Below are positions 57,989 to 64,000 of a DNA stretch of 64,000 nt, in pieces. Location of the stretch: assembly GCA_963764625.1 (NCBI GenBank), contig CAVXTH010000009.1:544001-608000 (forward strand), given 5' to 3'. The notes beneath the pieces are model-generated. The model made no database searches. It was given only the letters and a program-made list of their open reading frames with translations, and was not told the origin of the DNA. The stretch's first letter is position 1, and the number at the start of each line of letters is the position of its first letter. The stretch comes from Candidatus Krumholzibacteriota bacterium. Its GTDB lineage: Bacteria; Krumholzibacteriota; Krumholzibacteriia; JAJRXK01. A program made the position numbers and the translations under genes.

Positions 57989-59362
57989 ATGGCGGATCTC
58001 TCCATCGATTTTGCCGGGATCAAGAGTCCCAACCCGTTCTGGCTCGCCTCGGCCCCGCCCACGAACTCCGGCGAACAGGTCATGCGCGCCTTCGACGCGG
58101 GTTGGGGAGGGGCAGTCTGGAAGACCCTCGGCCAGCCGATCGTGAACGTCTCGAGCCGACTGGGTTCGGTGGACTTGGCCGATCGAAGAATGATGGGGCT
58201 CAACAACATCGAGCTCATCACCGATCGCTCCCTGGCGGTGAATCTAAAGGAGATCGCCGAGGTCAAGAAGCGCTATCCCGAGCACGCCGTCATCGTGTCG
58301 CTCATGTTCGATTCGCGCGAGGAGTGGCGGGATATCCTCAAGCGCTGCGAAGACACCGGCTGCGACGGCGTGGAGCTGAATTTCGGGTGTCCTCATGGAA
58401 TGTGCGAACGGGGAATGGGCTCCGCGGTCGGCCAGGAGCCGAAAGTACTCGAGCGACTCGTATCGTGGGTGAGGGAGGACACTCAGCTTCCCGTGATCGT
58501 GAAACTCACCCCGAACGTCTCGGAGATTCTGGAGCCCGGTTTGGCCGCCGAGAAGGGAGGGGCCACCGCGGTTTCCCTCATCAATACCATCAAGAGCATC
58601 GTGGGAGTTGATCTTCAGACCCTCTCACCCCTGCCCAGTGTGGCCGGCTCTTCCTCGCATGGCGGGTACTGCGGTCCGGCGGTGAAGCCCATCGCGCTGC
58701 GCATGGTGGCCGAGCTCGCGCGGAGCCAAGAGTTCGGCTTGCCCATCTCGGGCATCGGTGGCATCGGCAATTGGCGCGACGCGGCCGAGTTTCTCGCTCT
58801 GGGTGCAGGTAGCGTTCAGGTGTGCACCGCGGTCATGCACTACGGATACCGCATCGTCGAGGACATGATCGAAGGGCTGAGCGAATTTCTCGACTCCAAG
58901 GGCATGAAGTCGGTGAACGAGCTCGTGGGCCTGGCAGTCCCCCGCTTCAAGGAGTGGGGTGAGCTCGATCTCAACTACCACGTGGTGGCGAAGATCGACA
59001 CCGAGAGCTGTATCGGATGTCTCCGCTGCCACGTCTCCTGCTGGGACGGAGCGCATCAGTGCATTCACCTTCCCGGTCAGGATCCGATCGAGGGACACCG
59101 GGCGCCGATGGCACGAGAAGCCAAGCGGGTCGCGGCCCAGCGGCAGGGCAAGATCGACGCGGGGGATGCCTCCGTCGAGCCCTATCGCGTGCCCTGGGTG
59201 GATGAGACGGAATGCGTGGGCTGCAACCTCTGCTATCTGGTCTGTCCGGTCGAAGGCTGCATCACCATGGAAGAGCAGCGGCGGGCTCCGGAAGTGGATA
59301 CTTGGGACATGAGGGTGCGCGATGGACGCGATTTCGTTCCCGGCGGGCTGAAAGAGCTGTAG
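57989..59362 (+). CDS. preA: Dihydropyrimidine dehydrogenase subunit PreA
   Basis: NPFWLASAPPT, ELNFGCPHGM, KLTPN, INT, GGYCGPAVKPIA and two C-terminal 4Fe-4S motifs. Confidence 0.96.
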   Translation: MADLSIDFAGIKSPNPFWLASAPPTNSGEQVMRAFDAGWGGAVWKTLGQPIVNVSSRLGSVDLADRRMMGLNNIELITDRSLAVNLKEIAEVKKRYPEHAVIVSLMFDSREEWRDILKRCEDTGCDGVELNFGCPHGMCERGMGSAVGQEPKVLERLVSWVREDTQLPVIVKLTPNVSEILEPGLAAEKGGATAVSLINTIKSIVGVDLQTLSPLPSVAGSSSHGGYCGPAVKPIALRMVAELARSQEFGLPISGIGGIGNWRDAAEFLALGAGSVQVCTAVMHYGYRIVEDMIEGLSEFLDSKGMKSVNELVGLAVPRFKEWGELDLNYHVVAKIDTESCIGCLRCHVSCWDGAHQCIHLPGQDPIEGHRAPMAREAKRVAAQRQGKIDAGDASVEPYRVPWVDETECVGCNLCYLVCPVEGCITMEEQRRAPEVDTWDMRVRDGRDFVPGGLKEL

Positions 59363-59365
59363 TTG

Positions 59366-60745
59366 ATGAAGCACAAACTCATCTACGCCATCGACGACAT
59401 TCCTCCCCTGCGCGAAGCCATCCCTTTAGGTTTCCAGCACTACCTGACCATGTTCGGGTCGACAGTGGCCATCCCCCTGCTGCTGAGCAAGCCGCTGGGT
59501 CTGGCGGACAAGCCGGTTCAATTGGGGTGGCTCATCTCCACCATGTTCTTCGTGAGTGGAATCACCACTTTTCTACAGACCACCTGGGGCAACCGTCTGC
59601 CCCTGGTGCAGGGAGGCACCTTTTCCTTTCTCTCTCCCGCCATCGCGATCTGCGGTATGGCCGCGCTTTCGAATGCGGGTTGGCAAGTGCGACTGCAGCA
59701 CGTGCAAGGGGCGGTGATCGCGGGCTCCATCGTGGAGATCGCGGTGGGCTATTCGGGTCTCATGGGCCGTCTGCTGCGTTTCGTCGGTCCCATCACGATC
59801 GCCCCCACCATCGCTCTCATCGGTCTTTCGCTCTTCCGATTCGGCGCCCCCATCGCGGGAGAGAATTGGGGGATCGGCGGGCTCACCATCGTCCTCATCA
59901 TCGTCTTCAGTCAGTACATGCGTCGTACCCACCGGGCGTTCGAGCTCTTTCCCATCATGATGGGAATCCTGCTCGCCTGGGGAGTGGCGGCTCTGCTCAC
60001 CGTGTTGGGGGTCTTCGGCATCGGACATCCCGCGAGAGTTTCCCTGGCAAACGTCGGGGCGGCGCCTTGGATACGCCTACCGTATCCGATGCAATGGGGC
60101 TGGCCGGTGTTCGGGGTGGCGGGGACCGTGGGGATGCTCGCGGGCTATCTCGCCTCCATGGTGGAATCGGTGGGCGATTACTACGCCTGCGCTCGACTGG
60201 CGGGCGCGCCGGTGCCACGGGCCAAGGAGATCAACCGGGGAATCGGCATGGAGGGAGTGGGCTGTCTGGTCGCCGGAATCATGGGTACCGGCAACGGAAC
60301 GACCTCCTACAGCGAGAACATCGGGGCCATCGGCCTGACCAGGGTGGGCAGCCGGAGGGTGGTGCAAGTCGGCGCGGTGATCATGCTCTTTTTCGGCGCC
60401 TTCGGAAAGTTCGGCGCCCTGTTCACCACCATCCCTCAACCGATCGTGGGCGGGATGTACTGCGCGATGTTCGGCATGATCGCGGCCGTGGGTCTGTCGA
60501 ATCTCCAATTCGTCGACCTGAATTCGGCGCGGAATCTGTTCATTCTCGGCTTCTCGTTCTTCATGGGGCTCTCGGTGCCGGAGTACTTCACCCAGAACCC
60601 CACGCACTTCGACCCCACGTGGCTGGCGAATGTCATCAACACCCTGGGACAAACCGGAATGGCGGTCGGCGCGGTGAGCGCGCTGATTCTGGACAACACC
60701 ATTCCCGGCACCGCCGAGGAACGGGGACTTACGGCCTGGCGCTGA
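59366..60745 (+). CDS. Nucleobase:cation symporter-2 (NAT/SLC23-like), probable uracil permease
   Basis: QH in TM1, ESVGDY, NAT signature ENIGAIGLTRVGSRR, ILDNTIPG. Confidence 0.93.
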   Translation: MKHKLIYAIDDIPPLREAIPLGFQHYLTMFGSTVAIPLLLSKPLGLADKPVQLGWLISTMFFVSGITTFLQTTWGNRLPLVQGGTFSFLSPAIAICGMAALSNAGWQVRLQHVQGAVIAGSIVEIAVGYSGLMGRLLRFVGPITIAPTIALIGLSLFRFGAPIAGENWGIGGLTIVLIIVFSQYMRRTHRAFELFPIMMGILLAWGVAALLTVLGVFGIGHPARVSLANVGAAPWIRLPYPMQWGWPVFGVAGTVGMLAGYLASMVESVGDYYACARLAGAPVPRAKEINRGIGMEGVGCLVAGIMGTGNGTTSYSENIGAIGLTRVGSRRVVQVGAVIMLFFGAFGKFGALFTTIPQPIVGGMYCAMFGMIAAVGLSNLQFVDLNSARNLFILGFSFFMGLSVPEYFTQNPTHFDPTWLANVINTLGQTGMAVGAVSALILDNTIPGTAEERGLTAWR

Positions 60746-60783
60746 GAGAGTCGATCGAGCGCTTCGGTGACGAAGGCCTGCGA

Positions 60784-63147
60784 TCAACCCTTGGCCTGGC
60801 TCAGGCCCTTGGCGAGCCGGGCCAGACGCTGGTCGCGGTCCTTCACGAATCGCTCGATTCCCGCCACGATGCTCTCGGGATCCAGGTGCGCCTCCTGGAT
60901 GACCTCATCCAGGGTACCCCCCGTGCGCCAGCGGTCGTCGTGGTCGCTGCTCAGAGCGTAGTCCGCGGCCAGAGGGTTGTAGATCCAGTCATAGAACAGA
61001 CGTCGTGAGCGATTGGTGATGAAAGTCGAATCCCACTTGTCCGCCTCGCTGATGACCCGGTCCTGATAGTCCCGCGGCTGAACCGCGAAGAGCTGTGGAC
61101 TCACGGTCGCCACGATCTTCACGTTGAGCCCCCGTTTGTCCAGCTCGGGGAGAATGGTGATGGTGTTGGCGGTGGACATGGTTCCCTGCACGAAAATGCA
61201 CCCACCCCTGGGCTGGTTCTCCTTGTAGTCGCGCAGAATGTAGGCTCCCTTCGCGGCTTCGAAGTAGTGGGCCATGCCGAGCTTCTCGCGATCGGGAATC
61301 TCGATGGGGGGGCGGGTGAGGTGGAGGGCCACGATCGGCCACGGACCCCGCAGCGCCACTGCGAGCATCACCGGCACTTCGTTGTACTCGAAAGGATGTA
61401 GATCGCAAACATGACCGTCGGGGAAGAGCTGGGTGACGCCCGGCCCGAAGATCCCGAAGTGGGTACGGCTGTCATCGGCGGTTTCGGGTCCACTGTGTCC
61501 CGCCACCCAGATGACCTTGCCCAGCTTCAGTTCGCAGTCCTGCGACATCTGGCTGAACAAGCGCAGTGGGCCGTACTTCAAGTAGGAGAAGGAGCCGTAG
61601 GTCGAACACGCGCTGTAGAATCCCAGGAACTCCTTGGTGGGGTTCTTCGACATGTTCACCGCGCTGATGCCAGCGCTGATTCCGGCGTTGGAAAACTCCG
61701 TGATCTCCATGGGAAGCAGGCAGCCATCGGGATTCTGCTTGCGCTCGTAGCGTCCGAAATTCTTCGTGTCGCCAAAATCGTGGCAGAATCCGCTGATGTT
61801 CGTGCTGTCGGCCAAATCGGCGCTCATCGCCAACACAAGCGGTTGATCGTAGTGCTGCTTGCAGTAGGAGTTGATCCACGCCCCAAAGGTGGCCAAACCC
61901 GCGCGGTTCGGTGCCTGCTCTCCCGGCTTCTTCCACATCTCGGCCGGATAGCTCTCGAAATCGAAGAGTCTCTCGTCATCCAGGGGGTTGCCCTTGCGCC
62001 CCAGCTTGAACCCTGGAATCTCCTCGGGCACGCTCTCACCCAACTCGACGAGTCGATCGGCGAGATACTTCATCGTGTCCTCCTTCTGATGGAGGACCCC
62101 GATCACTTTCTTGTAGTTCGCGATCACCTGCCCACGGAATGCCTCGGGATCCTTTGGCGCCGCTTCGCCGAAGCCCTCGAACTCCACTCCATATTTCTCC
62201 GCGAAGACCCGCTTGGTATCCCAGTATTCGGGACTGTTCGTCTTGTGGGGTGAACCGTGGCTGGCGTTGTCGTACTTGCCGTAGCCGCGTCCCTTTCGAG
62301 TCTGGAACCAGGTGAGACCGGGACGGTCGTCCTTGCCCTCTTCGTGTACCATTTCCAGGATCGCGGGCGTCAGCTGCGACCATTCGCTTCCATTCTCGGC
62401 TCCGTGGATGCGCCAGCCGTAGGAGGCGAACCAATCGGCGGGGGTCCCGTGCACGACACTGGAGTGTGAGAAGGAGTCGATCCCGTAGTCATTCCAATCG
62501 AGCAGGAAACAGAGGTTGGAGAGTCCCAGTCCCCAGGCGGCGTTCTTCGTCTCGTGGTTCGCGCCCGCGCTGTGTCCGCCTTCCCCTTCCAGGGCGAACA
62601 CTTTCACATCGGAGAGTCCAGCGCGTCTCAAGGCCATCGCTTCGCCCGCTGCGGGGGGGGTGCCGTGGCCGCTGGGGCCGGTGTTGAACTTGAAGAAGAG
62701 TGTCTTGCCCTCGAACTCAGCGTGTCCCGCCAGGCCACCTTTGTGGCGGAAGCCCATCAGATCTTCCCAGACCAGAGCGCGGTGCTCGGCGTCATCCACC
62801 AGGTAGCGTTTGTCCTTGGTCCGCTTGTACATCTCGCGCAAGGCCTCGTGGTAGATGGGCAGCGTCGCATAAACCAGAGGCGCGCAGTGTCCGGCTACCA
62901 AGATGAAACGATCGGCAAAGGGATGATCGGGCCGGCGGATGTCCCACCGCATCGCTCCGCCCAGAGTCGTGGCCACCAGCGCGTGCACCTTCGAGCGGCT
63001 TCCTCCTGGATGCCCGCTCTGACGATAGTTGAGCATCATGTCGATGAGCTGGTCGATGCAGTCCTTGATGATTTCCCAATGGGCGTAGTTCGCCGTCTGT
63101 GCTCCCACGAGCTCTTCAACCGATGATTGGGAGTGGGTGGTGGCCAC
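60784..63147 (-). CDS. tkt: Transketolase (divergent single-chain form)
   Basis: SGHPGGS, DRFILVAGH, LAGHAE, TGPSGHG, TRKGRG, SADLADS, DDSRTH. Confidence 0.88.
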   Translation of the reverse strand: MATTHSQSSVEELVGAQTANYAHWEIIKDCIDQLIDMMLNYRQSGHPGGSRSKVHALVATTLGGAMRWDIRRPDHPFADRFILVAGHCAPLVYATLPIYHEALREMYKRTKDKRYLVDDAEHRALVWEDLMGFRHKGGLAGHAEFEGKTLFFKFNTGPSGHGTPPAAGEAMALRRAGLSDVKVFALEGEGGHSAGANHETKNAAWGLGLSNLCFLLDWNDYGIDSFSHSSVVHGTPADWFASYGWRIHGAENGSEWSQLTPAILEMVHEEGKDDRPGLTWFQTRKGRGYGKYDNASHGSPHKTNSPEYWDTKRVFAEKYGVEFEGFGEAAPKDPEAFRGQVIANYKKVIGVLHQKEDTMKYLADRLVELGESVPEEIPGFKLGRKGNPLDDERLFDFESYPAEMWKKPGEQAPNRAGLATFGAWINSYCKQHYDQPLVLAMSADLADSTNISGFCHDFGDTKNFGRYERKQNPDGCLLPMEITEFSNAGISAGISAVNMSKNPTKEFLGFYSACSTYGSFSYLKYGPLRLFSQMSQDCELKLGKVIWVAGHSGPETADDSRTHFGIFGPGVTQLFPDGHVCDLHPFEYNEVPVMLAVALRGPWPIVALHLTRPPIEIPDREKLGMAHYFEAAKGAYILRDYKENQPRGGCIFVQGTMSTANTITILPELDKRGLNVKIVATVSPQLFAVQPRDYQDRVISEADKWDSTFITNRSRRLFYDWIYNPLAADYALSSDHDDRWRTGGTLDEVIQEAHLDPESIVAGIERFVKDRDQRLARLAKGLSQAKG

Positions 63148-63368
63148 GGTGATACCTCTGACTTGAAGGAGAGTTCGTCTGCATGATGAGGGCGGCAGAA
63201 ATCGCTGAACTGCTGAATACTGCCACAGCGCGAGTTGGGCTTCAACCGCTGACGGCGATCCCGATTCGTTTCAATGATCGGCTCTCAGAATGGGCGCGCA
63301 AGGGAATTTCAGCGTCGAGCCGGGACCCTTCGTGCGGGCGGATTGAAAGATCAAACGCGCGATCGCAT

Positions 63369-64000
63369 TCAGCGCAAGACCTCGATGCGGTCGTGGCGCA
63401 ACAGCCAGAGTTCGAAGCGGAGGGAGGTTTCGGCTCCGAGTGCCGGTGCGAGGGCACGACAGTAGACCTCCCCTTGCTGGCGGTAGTGCCGCACCCGCTG
63501 CCGCAGTTCTTCCTCGCTCTTCAGCAGGTCGGTCTTGTAGTCCGCCACCACCAGTTCGCCCGAATCCGGGTCGCGGTAGAGCAGATCCACCACCCCGGGG
63601 CAGAACCCCACGGGGCCCGCAGAGTCTCCGACCGGGAATGAAGTCAAGATAGGAACCTCACGTCCCACGACCGCGCCTTCCAGCGCGCGAAGCCGTTGCA
63701 TCAGGCGTGATTCGCGCATGGCCTCCAGGATCGTCTCACAGCTCTGGCTGGCTGCCTCCAACAGCTCGGGCGCAAGCAGACGCCGCAAAGTGGACTGTGC
63801 CGTGGCTCGGAGATCGTGGAAGGCCTCGTGCTTCGGCTTTGCGAAGGGGTAGTTCTGCAAGCCGGCATGAATCGCGGTTCCCACGGCCTGGGCCGTCTCG
63901 CGCCGTGAGCTCTGGAGAGGAGCATCAAGCGCGCCCGGGCCGTGCCGCCATGAGGGTTCCGACTCCTCGAGGCTCGAGGCGGCGCGATGGAACGGAAGGG
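63369..64000 (-). CDS. C-terminal PD-(D/E)xK nuclease domain of an AddA/RecB-like helicase-nuclease; 5' part lies beyond the window
   Basis: Frame is open to the window end; GTAIH, REVP, GVVDLL, VADYKTD, HYRQQGEVY. Confidence 0.85.
   Translation of the reverse strand, partial: LPFHRAASSLEESEPSWRHGPGALDAPLQSSRRETAQAVGTAIHAGLQNYPFAKPKHEAFHDLRATAQSTLRRLLAPELLEAASQSCETILEAMRESRLMQRLRALEGAVVGREVPILTSFPVGDSAGPVGFCPGVVDLLYRDPDSGELVVADYKTDLLKSEEELRQRVRHYRQQGEVYCRALAPALGAETSLRFELWLLRHDRIEVLR

Noticed and set aside
63369-64000. PD-(D/E)xK nuclease as a possible Cas4 or defence nuclease
   Set aside because: No Fe-S cysteines, the frame is open beyond the window, and the motifs fit an AddA/RecB C-terminal domain.

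Overview
A 64-kb, GC-rich (roughly 65% by eye), gene-dense bacterial chromosome segment with about 55 CDSs. I found no rRNA, tRNA, CRISPR array, transposase or prophage. An outer-membrane beta-barrel, lipoproteins, a type IV pilin, several sigma-54 promoters and a TWGxxK-like C-terminal motif suggest a diderm FCB-related candidate phylum such as Krumholzibacteriota or Eisenbacteria (inference only). Recognisable content: RluA-family pseudouridine synthase (partial), radical SAM protein, ALDH7, YyaL-like and TolB-like proteins, two Zn-MDR paralogues, two crotonases with a class V aminotransferase and serA, several glycosyltransferases, pckA, Rrf2, NlpC/P60, a porin, queF, MarR, NtrY/NtrX-like pair, DAACS symporter, speD, ferredoxin, M23 peptidase, pilin, a 7-gene extended reductive pyrimidine catabolism operon, transketolase and the 3' end of an AddA-like helicase-nuclease. 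Best leads: (1) a ~300-nt structured non-coding RNA candidate (about 4262 to 3957, minus strand) with its own terminator and an exact anti-Shine-Dalgarno 9-mer; (2) an orphan solute-binding-like lipoprotein + kinase + sigma-54 activator module next to a palindromic enhancer and a TPR gene; (3) a sigma-54-driven pair of MDR proteins lacking catalytic zinc ligands, plus other apparent pseudoenzymes; (4) a secreted protein with three copies of an unrecognised Trp-rich repeat. Three clear +1 frameshifts and one probable false gene fusion can each be repaired by removing one base from a short G/C run, which suggests long-read assembly errors. All calls are from reading the sequence, with no database search.
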